From an uncultured Gemmatimonadales bacterium (lineage in GTDB: Bacteria > Gemmatimonadota > Gemmatimonadetes > Longimicrobiales > RSA9), in the NCBI GenBank assembly GCA_963708135.1, contig OY970192.1:1504001-1568000 (forward strand): a stretch of DNA of 64,000 nt. Direction: 5' to 3'. Positions within the stretch are counted from its first letter, which is position 1. Each line of letters begins with the position of its first letter. Below the pieces are notes generated by a model, which was not told the DNA's origin, searched no databases, and saw nothing but the letters and a program-made list of their open reading frames with translations. Position numbers and translations under genes: made by a program. Positions 37,622 to 46,717 of this stretch are shown piece by piece.

Positions 37622-38614
37622 ATGCGTTCTCCCCACGCCGCCGCACTGCTCGCCGTCCTCGTCCTGGCCGCGGCGCCGGCCCCGCCGCTCGACGCCCCCT
37701 CGCCGCTCGCGATCCGCGAGTACGCGATTCCCCGCCCCGGCGCGTTCCCGCACGATCCGGCGGTCGGTCCCGACGGGGTCGTGTGGTACACGGACCAGGC
37801 CAACAGCTACATCGGGCGGCTCGACCCAGCCACGGGGCGGATCACCGACTACGCCACGCCGACGCCGAAGTCGGGACCGCACGGGCTGGTGGTCGGGCCG
37901 GGCGGCGCGGTGTGGTACACGGGGAACGCCGCGGGGCTGATCGGCCGGCTGGATCCGCGCACCGGGAAGATCACGGAGTACCGGATGCCGGAGGGCGTGC
38001 GGGACCCGCACACCCCGATCTTCCACGGCGGGATCCTGTGGTTCACGGCGCAACGCTCGAACATGTACGGCCGGCTGGACCCGCGTACGGGCGAGGTGAA
38101 GGTGTGGCCGGTGCCGACCGCGCGTGCGCTTCCGTACGGGATCGCCGCCGCCCCCGATGGAACGCTCTGGGTGGCCCTGCTGGGAACGAACAAGCTCGGC
38201 CGGATCGACCCGAAGACCGGAGTCATGACCGAGGTCGCGCTGCCCGACGCGGCGGCGCGGCCGCGCCGGCTGGCCGTCGACCCATCGGGCCGGGTCTGGT
38301 TCGCGGACTTCGGGGACTCGAAGCTCGGCGTGCTGGATCCGGCGAGCGGCGCCGTGCGCGAGATGGACACACCGGACCCCGTCGGCAAACCGTACGGGAT
38401 CGCGCTCGGCACGGACGGCAGGATCTGGTACAACGAGTCGTCGAAGGGGAAGATCGTCGCCTACGATCCGGCGAGCGGGAAGAGTGAGCTGCTCGCGATC
38501 CCTACGCCGGGCGCGATCGTGCGCAACATGGCGGTCAACGTGCCGCGCCACCGCATCTGGCTGGCGCTCAGCGGCACGGGCCGGATCGGCCGGATCGACC
38601 TGCCGGGGCGCTGA
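37622..38614 (+). CDS. Exported Vgb (virginiamycin B lyase)-like beta-propeller
   Basis: Signal peptide and repeats of PH/PYG...PDG.VW(Y/F)T...IGRLDP.TG. GGAGG RBS. Confidence 0.8.
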   Translation: MRSPHAAALLAVLVLAAAPAPPLDAPSPLAIREYAIPRPGAFPHDPAVGPDGVVWYTDQANSYIGRLDPATGRITDYATPTPKSGPHGLVVGPGGAVWYTGNAAGLIGRLDPRTGKITEYRMPEGVRDPHTPIFHGGILWFTAQRSNMYGRLDPRTGEVKVWPVPTARALPYGIAAAPDGTLWVALLGTNKLGRIDPKTGVMTEVALPDAAARPRRLAVDPSGRVWFADFGDSKLGVLDPASGAVREMDTPDPVGKPYGIALGTDGRIWYNESSKGKIVAYDPASGKSELLAIPTPGAIVRNMAVNVPRHRIWLALSGTGRIGRIDLPGR

Positions 38615-38827
38615 GGCGGCGGCGCCCCACCAGGGCAAGAAGAAGGCGCGCGCGCTCGCGGCTCTTCCACCTCCCGCTCGGGGCCGCCGGGCGCCGCCCC
38701 GCCTCCGCCAGTCCCGCGGCGTGGAGATCCCTGGTCCGGCGAAGCACGTCGATATACCGGTCCAACTCCTTTCGCGACAACCGAATGCGGTGTATGACTC
38801 TGTGAGTCCATTCTCCCGGAGCGCGCC

Positions 38828-39271
38828 GTGCACGCCCCCTGTATCCTGCTGGTCAACGACAACGACAATGAGCGGGACATCTACGCCGCCATGCTGACGC
38901 ACTGCGGCGGCGAGGTCGTCGAGGCGAGGACGGCCGCTGAGGGGCGCGCCCTGGCGGAGCGGGTGCGGCCGGACCTTATCCTGCTGGATCTGCGGCTGCC
39001 GGACGAGTCAGGGCTGCGGCTGGCGGAGCGGCTGAAGGGCGACGAGGCGACGCGCCAGATCCCGATCGTGGCGATGTCGCTGTTCGATCCGCAGGCGGAG
39101 GAGATCCGGGCGGCGGGCTGCAATGCCTACCTGGCAAAGCCGTTCGATCCGATGAAGCTCATCGCGGAGGTGGGCCGGTTCGTGGCGCTGCCACGGCCGC
39201 TCGAGCCCCGAGCGGCCGATTCTCCACCTGCGGGCGGGATGCCGCCCGCGAGCTCGCCGCCTCAGTCGTAG
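38828..39271 (+). CDS. Single-domain response regulator (CheY/DivK-like)
   Basis: PDLILLDLRLPD, IPIVAMS and YLAKPFD motifs. Confidence 0.82.
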   Translation: MHAPCILLVNDNDNERDIYAAMLTHCGGEVVEARTAAEGRALAERVRPDLILLDLRLPDESGLRLAERLKGDEATRQIPIVAMSLFDPQAEEIRAAGCNAYLAKPFDPMKLIAEVGRFVALPRPLEPRAADSPPAGGMPPASSPPQS

Positions 39272-39801
39272 GCCACCAGCACGTCCACGGGAAGGCCCTG
39301 CAGGCGATCTCTCCCGTGCAGGAAGGAGAGCTCGAGCACGAACCCCAGCCCGACCACCTCCCCACCGAGGCCCTGGACCAGCCGGGCCGTGGCCGCGGCC
39401 GTCCCACCGGTGGCCAGCACGTCGTCCACGATGAGGACCCGGCTCCCCGCCTCCACCCCGTCCACGTGCGCCTCCAGGGAGTCAGTCCCGTACTCGAGGG
39501 CGTACTCCACCCGCTGCGTGGCGTAGGGCAGCTTGCCCGGCTTGCGGACCGGAACGAAGCCGCAGCCGAGCTCGACGGCGAGCGGCGCGGCGAAGAGGAA
39601 GCCGCGCGACTCGATGCCCACGACCGTATGTGCCTGCCGGTCCCTCAGGTCGGAGGCCATGGCCAGGATGACGTCGCGGTAGAGCACGGCGTCGGCCAGC
39701 AGCGGCGTGATGTCCTTGAAGCTGATGCCCGGCTTCGGGAAGTCCGCCACGTCGCGGATGCCCGCGCGGATTCGTGCCGCGAGCTCGCCGCGCTCAGCCA
39801 C
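39262..39801 (-). CDS. apt: Adenine phosphoribosyltransferase
   Basis: DFPKPGI.FKDIT, ESRGF, RKPGKLP, LEYG and VDDVLATGGT motifs. Confidence 0.95.
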   Translation of the reverse strand: MAERGELAARIRAGIRDVADFPKPGISFKDITPLLADAVLYRDVILAMASDLRDRQAHTVVGIESRGFLFAAPLAVELGCGFVPVRKPGKLPYATQRVEYALEYGTDSLEAHVDGVEAGSRVLIVDDVLATGGTAAATARLVQGLGGEVVGLGFVLELSFLHGRDRLQGLPVDVLVAYD

Positions 39802-40219
39802 GTCGGCCGATCAGATAGCCCGCGAGCACGCCGCCGAGGAGCGCGTCCAGCGGATCGTCCTCCGAGGGATCGGCCAGCGCCGCCGCGCCGCCGGTCCGCA
39901 GCTTCGCCGCCAGCCGCTCCAGGCGGTCTGCCAGCGCTTCGATCTCGTGCGCGGCCACCGCGCCGGCGCCGTGAATCGAGGAAAGCGGCTCGTCGGGCAG
40001 GAAGAAGGCGTCTTCGGGGAAAGTGTCCCCGCCCGCCTCCGCGCCGGGAGCGGCCCGCTCGACGACAGCCTCCGGCGCGGCACGCCCGGGGAAGAAGGGC
40101 GGCAGCGGTCGTGAGTCCTCGGTCGCGGACTCCCTGCGCAGATCGGCGGACGTGCTCGTGACCGGAGGCATCGGCCGCTCGGAGGCGGATCCGGCGCCCG
40201 GGACGACGTCGCCTGGCAT
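39794..40219 (-). CDS. Hypothetical protein
   Basis: ATG after GGAG. The stop overlaps the apt start. Low-complexity N-terminus and a C-terminal hydrophobic segment. Confidence 0.55.
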   Translation of the reverse strand: MPGDVVPGAGSASERPMPPVTSTSADLRRESATEDSRPLPPFFPGRAAPEAVVERAAPGAEAGGDTFPEDAFFLPDEPLSSIHGAGAVAAHEIEALADRLERLAAKLRTGGAAALADPSEDDPLDALLGGVLAGYLIGRRG

Positions 40220-40321
40220 CGCTCTTTCTCCAGCGTTCGGTGAGCCGGGGGGATCGAACGGGGCGTGAGGCCGCAAGATAAACCCGCGGAGCGGGGCGCG
40301 AAAGACCGGGGCGAGCGCGGC

Positions 40322-42451
40322 TCAGGGCGTGGAAAGCCTCCAGCCGCCGTACGGCAGCGTGATCCCGACATAGAAATTCCGGCCGGGCGCCGGCTCGTAG
40401 TATCTGTCGGCGAAGGCGTTCACGACCACGGACGCGTTGTAGCGCACGTCGAAGATGTTGCCGACGCCGACGAATGGAGCGAGCCGCAGCGCGCCGAGCC
40501 GCCGCTGCCCTCCCAGGCGCAGGTCGATTACGGTATGGGCGGGGTTCACGGCGGACGCCGTGTTGGCATCGCTCGTGACGTAGCGGGAGACGTGGTCGAG
40601 CTGCGCCTCCGCGAACGCGCCGGCACCGTGCCAGCCCAGCCGCGCCGCCAGGTGATGTGGCGCGACGCCGGGGATCCTGTTGCCCTCGTACTCCTGGTCG
40701 GGAAGGCCGTCGTCCAGGAAGACATAGTCGCTGTAGGTGTAGGAGGCCGCGGCGTCCAGGTGTCTCCCGACCGGCGCGTCCAGCCCGACCTCCACGCCGC
40801 GGTGGCGGGAGCGCCCGGCGTTGCGGAAGAAGGCGCGGTCCGGCGCCGCCACCACCGTGAACGGCACGAGCTCGTCGCGAACGGTCATGGTGAACAGCGC
40901 GACGTCAATGTGGAGCGGGCCCACGCCACCCTTGAGCCCGGCCTCCCATTCGAGCGCGCGCTCGGGCTGCAGGTCGGGGTTGAACCCCGGCGCGCAGCAC
41001 GGCTGCCCGGGCGCGGGCGGGGCGTTCACCAGCTCCGTCGTGGTGGGCGTCTGAAAGGACGTGCCGATGTCCGCGTAGGCGCGGAGCCGCGCCGACACGG
41101 CGTACAGGAGCCCCGCGCGAGGACTCACCGCCTCGAGCGTGCGGGCGCCGGAGACGCGCTCTGCGGCCGGGACGGCGCGTCGGTCCGTCGTCGCGAAGCG
41201 GACCCGGTCCCAACGGATCCCGGCGCTCGCCTCCAGCCGAGGCAGGACCTCGAGTCGCCCCTGGGCGAACGGCCCCACGCTCCAGACGCGGTCGCTCTCG
41301 TCCTTCTGCACGGTGGCGCCCGGAACGCCGCCGGCGTTGTCGCGCTCGCGCCTGCCATCCCGCTGGAGCTCCGCGTCCACGCCCGTCACGAGCGCCGCCG
41401 CGCGGCCCGCCAGCCGCCCGGACACACCGTAGGCCCCGCGCACCCCGCCGCCGCCACGCCGCAGGTCAATGTAGGTGTAGGGCAGCGGGTTGTGGAGCGT
41501 GCGGCCGAGGCCGTAGACGCTCACGTCCAGCCGGCCGGTTCCGAGCGTGCGCGCGTAGGCGACGCCGCCCTGCACCTGCCGCGCGCGCTCCCCGCTGCCC
41601 GTGGCGACGTTTCCAGGCCACGCGGCCTCCGGGCGCAGGCGCGCGCTGTCCAGCGGCAGCGAGCCGGGGCTCTCGGCCTCCGGCTCGTCCACCGCGTTCA
41701 CGAGGAACGTCAGCGAGGAGCGGGCATCCGGCGCCGTGGTCCAGCGGGCGTTCAAGAGCGTGTTCTTCGTCCGGGAATGCTCGCGGAACCCGTCCACGGC
41801 CAGGTGCGAGAGGGCAACGTAATACGAGCCCGCCGCCACGTGGCCGCCGACGCGGGCCTCGTACTTACGAAGGTTGCCGAGCGCCCGCCCGTCCGTGCCC
41901 ACGACCAGCCGCGCTTCCGCAGCGGCGGGGCCCGGCGGAGCGGCCTCCGTCCGCACGCTGATCACGCCACCCGCCGCGTTGCCGAAGAGTGCCGATGCGG
42001 GCCCGCGCAGCACCTGGATCCGGTCCGCCCCGCCAAGGTCCAGGTTGGTGAGGTTGGCCTGCCCGTCCGGGCCGGTGAGCGGGATCCCGTCCATGAGGAT
42101 GCGCACGCCGCGCACGCCGAACGCGGCCCGCGCACCCAGGCCGCGGATGGCGATGCGCGTGCCCAGCGAGAAGTTGTAGCGGTTGTCCACGATGAGACCC
42201 GGCACCAGCGCGAGGCTCTCGTCCAGCCCGATGGTCGGACGGAAGCGCTGGATCTCGGCAGCGCCGACGGTCGAGACCGCGGCTGCGGCGTGCGCGGCAT
42301 CCGCCGCGCCGCGCGTCACCGTCACATCGAGGGGAGAGAGCGGGTAGGCGCTGTCCGCCGGCGGCGCCGCCGGCCGCGCCTGCGCGCGCGCTCCGACCGG
42401 CAGGAGCGGCAGCAGCGCGAGGGCGGCCGCGCACTGGAGGAAGCGGAGCAT
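40322..42451 (-). CDS. TonB-dependent receptor, YncD/PqqU-like
   Basis: Signal peptide, RYNF...IAIRGLGARAAFGVRG...DGIP..PDGQ plug, VLRGPASALFGN, SFQTPTTTEL and YYEPAPGRN motifs. Confidence 0.88.
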   Translation of the reverse strand: MLRFLQCAAALALLPLLPVGARAQARPAAPPADSAYPLSPLDVTVTRGAADAAHAAAAVSTVGAAEIQRFRPTIGLDESLALVPGLIVDNRYNFSLGTRIAIRGLGARAAFGVRGVRILMDGIPLTGPDGQANLTNLDLGGADRIQVLRGPASALFGNAAGGVISVRTEAAPPGPAAAEARLVVGTDGRALGNLRKYEARVGGHVAAGSYYVALSHLAVDGFREHSRTKNTLLNARWTTAPDARSSLTFLVNAVDEPEAESPGSLPLDSARLRPEAAWPGNVATGSGERARQVQGGVAYARTLGTGRLDVSVYGLGRTLHNPLPYTYIDLRRGGGGVRGAYGVSGRLAGRAAALVTGVDAELQRDGRRERDNAGGVPGATVQKDESDRVWSVGPFAQGRLEVLPRLEASAGIRWDRVRFATTDRRAVPAAERVSGARTLEAVSPRAGLLYAVSARLRAYADIGTSFQTPTTTELVNAPPAPGQPCCAPGFNPDLQPERALEWEAGLKGGVGPLHIDVALFTMTVRDELVPFTVVAAPDRAFFRNAGRSRHRGVEVGLDAPVGRHLDAAASYTYSDYVFLDDGLPDQEYEGNRIPGVAPHHLAARLGWHGAGAFAEAQLDHVSRYVTSDANTASAVNPAHTVIDLRLGGQRRLGALRLAPFVGVGNIFDVRYNASVVVNAFADRYYEPAPGRNFYVGITLPYGGWRLSTP

Positions 42452-42467
42452 TCGCCTCTCCCGGAGA

Positions 42468-43163
42468 TCAACCGCGCCGGCGGAGCTCGCCTTCGCCGCC
42501 GGAGGAGTCGCTGCCGGTGGCCCGGGCTTCGCCGTCGGCGCCCTCGCCCGCCCGCAGCGAGCGCACGTGGCGCCACACCCACCACACCGCGCCGGCCACG
42601 ATCAGCACGCCGATCACCAGGTCGAAGCGGTGGAAGTAGACCTTCAGCGTGTCCCAGTGGGCGCCCAGCTGCGCTCCGATCCAGGCCAGGCCGACGCTCC
42701 AGATGAAGGAGCCGGCGAACGTGTAGGCGAGGAACGGAGCCATCCGCATGCGCGAGACGCCCGCGGGGAACGCGATGAACGTGCGCACGACGGGTAGCAG
42801 CCGCGCCACGAAGACCGCCCACTCGCCCCAGCGCTCGAAGAAGCGGTCGGCCAGCTCGAGGTCGTGCGGCGAGATCAGCACCCAGCGCCCGTAGCGGCGG
42901 ATCGCCGCCCGTCCACCCCACGCGCCCGCGTAGTAGGCGACGACGGAGCCGACCACGCATCCCACCGCCCCGGCGAGTCCCGCCAGCCAGAGGTTCATCT
43001 CGCCGCGCGAGACGAGGTAGCCCGCGAATGGCATGATGACCTCCGAGGGCAGCGGGATGCACGCGCTCTCGATGGCCATGAGCAGCGCCACGCCCGGATA
43101 GCCGAACGTGCCGATGATGCCGACGATGAACGCGGCCAGCGCGCCCAGGATCCGCTCCACCAC
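42468..43163 (-). CDS. DedA family membrane protein
   Basis: ESACIPLPSEVIMPFAG and ARLLPVVRTFIAFPAG motifs. Confidence 0.9.
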   Translation of the reverse strand: MVERILGALAAFIVGIIGTFGYPGVALLMAIESACIPLPSEVIMPFAGYLVSRGEMNLWLAGLAGAVGCVVGSVVAYYAGAWGGRAAIRRYGRWVLISPHDLELADRFFERWGEWAVFVARLLPVVRTFIAFPAGVSRMRMAPFLAYTFAGSFIWSVGLAWIGAQLGAHWDTLKVYFHRFDLVIGVLIVAGAVWWVWRHVRSLRAGEGADGEARATGSDSSGGEGELRRRG

Positions 43164-43175
43164 CCCGCTTCCCTC

Positions 43176-43838
43176 CTACCCCGGCCAGCCGAAGCGGCCG
43201 ACCAGGGGAACGAAGACGCAGTCCGTCACGACCTCCTGCTCGATGCCGTCCTCGGTGCGGCGCACGAGCACGAGCTGCTGCTCGTCACGGCCGCCCACGG
43301 GGATCAGCATGCGCCCGCCCGGCGCGAGCTGGGCCACGAGCGACTCCGGCAGGCCGGGCGCGGCGGCGGCCACGAGGATGGCGTCGAAGGGGGCGTAGCG
43401 CGACCAGCCGATCGTGCCGTCCCCCACGAGCAGCGCCACGTTGCGGGTCCGGAGCGCATCCAGCGCGGTGCGTGCGCGGGCGGAGAGCTCGCGCACGCGC
43501 TCCACCGAGTAGACGTGGGAGGCGAGCTGGGCGAGGAGCGCGGTCTGGTAGCCGCTGCCGGTGCCGACCTCGAGGACGCGGTCCGTGGGCTGGAGCTTGA
43601 GCGTCTGGAGATAGAGCGCCTGCAGCGAGGGCTGCGAGGCGGTCTGTCCGAACCCGATCGGCAGCGCCGCATCCTCGTAGGCCCGGTGATGGATGGCGGG
43701 CGGGAGGAAAGCGTGGCGCGGCACCTGGTCGAAGGTGCGCAGCACCTCCAGGTCGTCGATGCCGCGCTCCCGGATCGCCTCGATGAGCTGGCGGCGCAGC
43801 CGCTCCCAGCGGCGGTCGCTCAGAGCCTCAGGTCCCAC
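43176..43838 (-). CDS. pcm: Protein-L-isoaspartate O-methyltransferase
   Basis: VPRH.F, AYED, GQTASQP, VLEVGTGSGYQ and FVPL motifs. GTG start after GAGGAG. Confidence 0.93.
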   Translation of the reverse strand: MGPEALSDRRWERLRRQLIEAIRERGIDDLEVLRTFDQVPRHAFLPPAIHHRAYEDAALPIGFGQTASQPSLQALYLQTLKLQPTDRVLEVGTGSGYQTALLAQLASHVYSVERVRELSARARTALDALRTRNVALLVGDGTIGWSRYAPFDAILVAAAAPGLPESLVAQLAPGGRMLIPVGGRDEQQLVLVRRTEDGIEQEVVTDCVFVPLVGRFGWPG

Positions 43839-44575
43839 CGGTCGATCTCCTCGATCAACTCGTAGTGCGTCAGGTCCAGGTGCAGCGGCGTCACGGAGAT
43901 GCACCGCTCGTGTATCGCCCGGAAGTCGGACTGCGGCCCGCCCCACCAGCGGCTCTCGCCGCCGCCGATCCAGAAGTACTCGCGACCGCTCGGATCGTGC
44001 GCGCGCGTCAGCGAGCCCTCGTACGCCCGCCGCCCGAGCGTCGTCACGCACACGCCCTCAACCTCCGCCGGCTCGACTGGCGGCAGGTTCACGTTCAGCA
44101 GCGTGTGCGGCGGGTGCTCCCGCCCGAGAAGCTGCGCGAGCAGTGTTTCCAGCTGCGGCTGCCAGGACGTCAGCCGCTCGGCCCCCTCGTAGATCCGGCC
44201 GGCGAACGAGATCGCGATCGCCGGGATCCCCAGCAGCGTCGCCTCCATGGCGGCCGAGACCGTGCCGGAGTACAGCACGTCGTCTCCCAGGTTCGCGCCG
44301 TGGTTGACCCCCGAGAGGACGAAGTCGGGCCGCTCCGGCAGCAGCTCGCCGAGCGCCAGGACCACGCAGTCCGTGGGCGTGCCGTCCACGACCAGCGCTC
44401 CCGTCTCGCCCTTCCGCACGCGCAGCGGTCGGTGCAGCGTCAGCGAGTGCGACGTCGCGCTCTGCTCCCGGTCCGGCGCGACCACGTGCACCTCGCCCAG
44501 CTTCGCCGCCGCGGCGGACAGCGTGGAGAGCCCCTGCGCGAGGTAGCCGTCGTCGTTCGTGACCAGGATCCGCAT
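43820..44575 (-). CDS. surE: 5'/3'-nucleotidase SurE
   Basis: ILVTNDDG, GTPTDCV, SGVNHGAN and YSGTV motifs. Confidence 0.95.
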   Translation of the reverse strand: MRILVTNDDGYLAQGLSTLSAAAAKLGEVHVVAPDREQSATSHSLTLHRPLRVRKGETGALVVDGTPTDCVVLALGELLPERPDFVLSGVNHGANLGDDVLYSGTVSAAMEATLLGIPAIAISFAGRIYEGAERLTSWQPQLETLLAQLLGREHPPHTLLNVNLPPVEPAEVEGVCVTTLGRRAYEGSLTRAHDPSGREYFWIGGGESRWWGGPQSDFRAIHERCISVTPLHLDLTHYELIEEIDRWDLRL

Positions 44576-45099
44576 CAGTGCTCGGCCGGAGGCGAAAGCA
44601 CGTCCAGCGCCTGCTGCAGGTCGGCCCGGAGCAGGTCGAGCATCTCGTGGTCGAGGGCGTGGGCCGTCGTCTCCGGCAGCTCCCCGCCCCGCCGCAGCTG
44701 GTCGATCTTCTGCCGCGCCCCCTCGATCGTGTACTTCTCCTTGTAGAGCAGGTGCGCCACCAGCAGGATCAGCTTGATCTCCTTGCGCTGGTAGACCCGA
44801 TTCCCGGACCGGTTCTTGGACGGGTTCAACACCGGGAACTGGCTCTCCCAGTATCGGAGCACGTGCGGCTTGAGGCCGACCAGGTCGCACACCTCGCTGA
44901 TCGAGTAGTACTCCCTGGGCACGATCGGCCGCGGCTGTGACGAGGAGCGGGAGCGCCCGGGCGCGTCCGCTGGCTCCTGCGCCCGCGCCGCCTCCCCCGC
45001 CTCGTCATTGCTCGGCTCCGGCTCGACCCGCTCGCCGCGCGCCGCCGCGGCGGCCGCCTCCTCGCTCCAGATCGACCCCTGCTCCGCGTTCTCGCTCAT
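44575..45099 (-). CDS. MerR-family transcriptional regulator
   Basis: YYSISEV...HVLRYWE..F and YTIEGA motifs. Confidence 0.88.
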   Translation of the reverse strand: MSENAEQGSIWSEEAAAAAARGERVEPEPSNDEAGEAARAQEPADAPGRSRSSSQPRPIVPREYYSISEVCDLVGLKPHVLRYWESQFPVLNPSKNRSGNRVYQRKEIKLILLVAHLLYKEKYTIEGARQKIDQLRRGGELPETTAHALDHEMLDLLRADLQQALDVLSPPAEH

Positions 45100-46112
45100 T
45101 GCCAGAGCTCCGGCTTCGGTTCCCTCAGCATCAGGTTCTCGACTGCTTCGCGCGCGCGACGCCCCTCGAACAGGACCGCGTGGACCTCCGCCACGATCGG
45201 CATCTCGATCCCCGCGCGCCCCGCCAGCGCGCGGGCGGCACGCGTCGTCTCCACGCCCTCGGCCACCACGTTCATGCCGGCCAGGATCTCCTCCAGCGTC
45301 TTCCCCTCCCCGAGCGCCTGCCCCACGGCGCGGTTGCGGCTCAGCTCGCCCGTGCACGTCAGGATCAGGTCGCCCATCCCCGCCAGGCCCGCGAAGGTGA
45401 GCGGGTTCGCGCCGAGCGCCACCCCGAGGCGCGAGATCTCGGCCAGGCCGCGCGTGATCAGCGCGGCGCGCGCGTTGTGGCCCAGGCCGAGCCCCGTCGC
45501 CATCCCGGACGCGAGCGCGATCACGTTCTTCAGCGCCCCGGCGAGCTCCACCCCGCGCACGTCGTCGCTCGTGTAGACCCGGAAGTACGCCGTCTGAAAG
45601 AGCGCCTGCGCCTCGCGGGCGGCCTCGGCGTCCGCGCTCGCGATCGTGACGGCCGTGGGCTGCCGTCGCGCCACCTCGAGCGCGAAGCTCGGCCCGGAGA
45701 GGTAGCAGCCCCGGCCCGCGTGGCCCGGGAGCACCGCCGCGACCACCTCCGCCATGGTGGCGAGCGTGTCCCGCTCGATCCCCTTGGATGCGCTCACCAC
45801 GACGGCCCGCTCCGCCATCGCCGGCCCGGCGGCGGACAGCACGGCGCGAGCGTGCTGCGATGGAGGCACGGAGACGACGAGGTCGGCCCGCGCCACGGCG
45901 GTGGCGGCGGACGTCGTCGCCTGCAGCCGCTCATCCAGGGGCACGCCGCGCAGGTAGGCGGGATTCTCGTGCCGCGTCGTGACTGCCTCCGCCACCTCCG
46001 GTTCGAGCGCCCAGAGCGTGACGGCGAGCCCCTTCCGCGCGAGCAGGTCGGCCAGCGTGGTGCCCCACGCCCCGGCGCCGAGCACCGCCGCCCGGGTCTC
46101 TCCGGCGCTCAC
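45096..46112 (-). CDS. gpsA: NAD(P)H-dependent glycerol-3-phosphate dehydrogenase
   Basis: GAGAWGT, SKGIE, SGPSFA, ALKNV, GDLILTC, SRN and AEGV motifs. Confidence 0.95.
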   Translation of the reverse strand: MSAGETRAAVLGAGAWGTTLADLLARKGLAVTLWALEPEVAEAVTTRHENPAYLRGVPLDERLQATTSAATAVARADLVVSVPPSQHARAVLSAAGPAMAERAVVVSASKGIERDTLATMAEVVAAVLPGHAGRGCYLSGPSFALEVARRQPTAVTIASADAEAAREAQALFQTAYFRVYTSDDVRGVELAGALKNVIALASGMATGLGLGHNARAALITRGLAEISRLGVALGANPLTFAGLAGMGDLILTCTGELSRNRAVGQALGEGKTLEEILAGMNVVAEGVETTRAARALAGRAGIEMPIVAEVHAVLFEGRRAREAVENLMLREPKPELWQ

Positions 46113-46717
46113 GGCGCCTGCCCCGGCGCCCGGCCGAACGGCCGCTCTTCGCCGCGCACGAGACGCCGGATGTTGGAGCGGTGGGCGAACACGACGAACG
46201 CGGCGAGCGCGACGGACAGCCAGAGCACCGGCCCGGGCCCGCGCGACCAGAGCACCGCCAGCGGCACGATGGCCGCCGCGGCGATCGAGGCGAGCGAGAC
46301 GATCCGCGTGGCGTAGACGATCGCGCTCCACACGAGCAGACCGGCCAGGAGCGCGAGCGGCGCCAGAGCCAGGAACACGCCCGCGCTCGTCGCCACGCCC
46401 TTGCCTCCCTTGAACCCGACGTAGACCGAATAGACGTGCCCGAGGATGGCCATGGCGCCGTAGAGGAGCGCCCATTCCCAGGCCGACGCCGCATCCAGGC
46501 GGGGGAACAGCCAGGTCGGCAGCCAGCCCTTGAAGATGTCGAAGGCGAAGGTCGGGACCGCGGCCCGCCACCCGAGGACCCGGTAGACGTTGGTGGCGCC
46601 GAGGTTGCCGCTGCCGTGCTCCCGGAGGTCGATCCCCTGTGCGAGCCGCCCCACCAGGTAGCTGGTCGGCACGGCGCCGAGCAGGTAGCTCGCGAGGGCC
46701 AGGAGCGCCACCCTCAC
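46109..46717 (-). CDS. plsY: Glycerol-3-phosphate acyltransferase PlsY
   Basis: GSGNLGATN, DIFKG, GGKGVAT and HRSNI motifs. Confidence 0.95.
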   Translation of the reverse strand: MRVALLALASYLLGAVPTSYLVGRLAQGIDLREHGSGNLGATNVYRVLGWRAAVPTFAFDIFKGWLPTWLFPRLDAASAWEWALLYGAMAILGHVYSVYVGFKGGKGVATSAGVFLALAPLALLAGLLVWSAIVYATRIVSLASIAAAAIVPLAVLWSRGPGPVLWLSVALAAFVVFAHRSNIRRLVRGEERPFGRAPGQAP

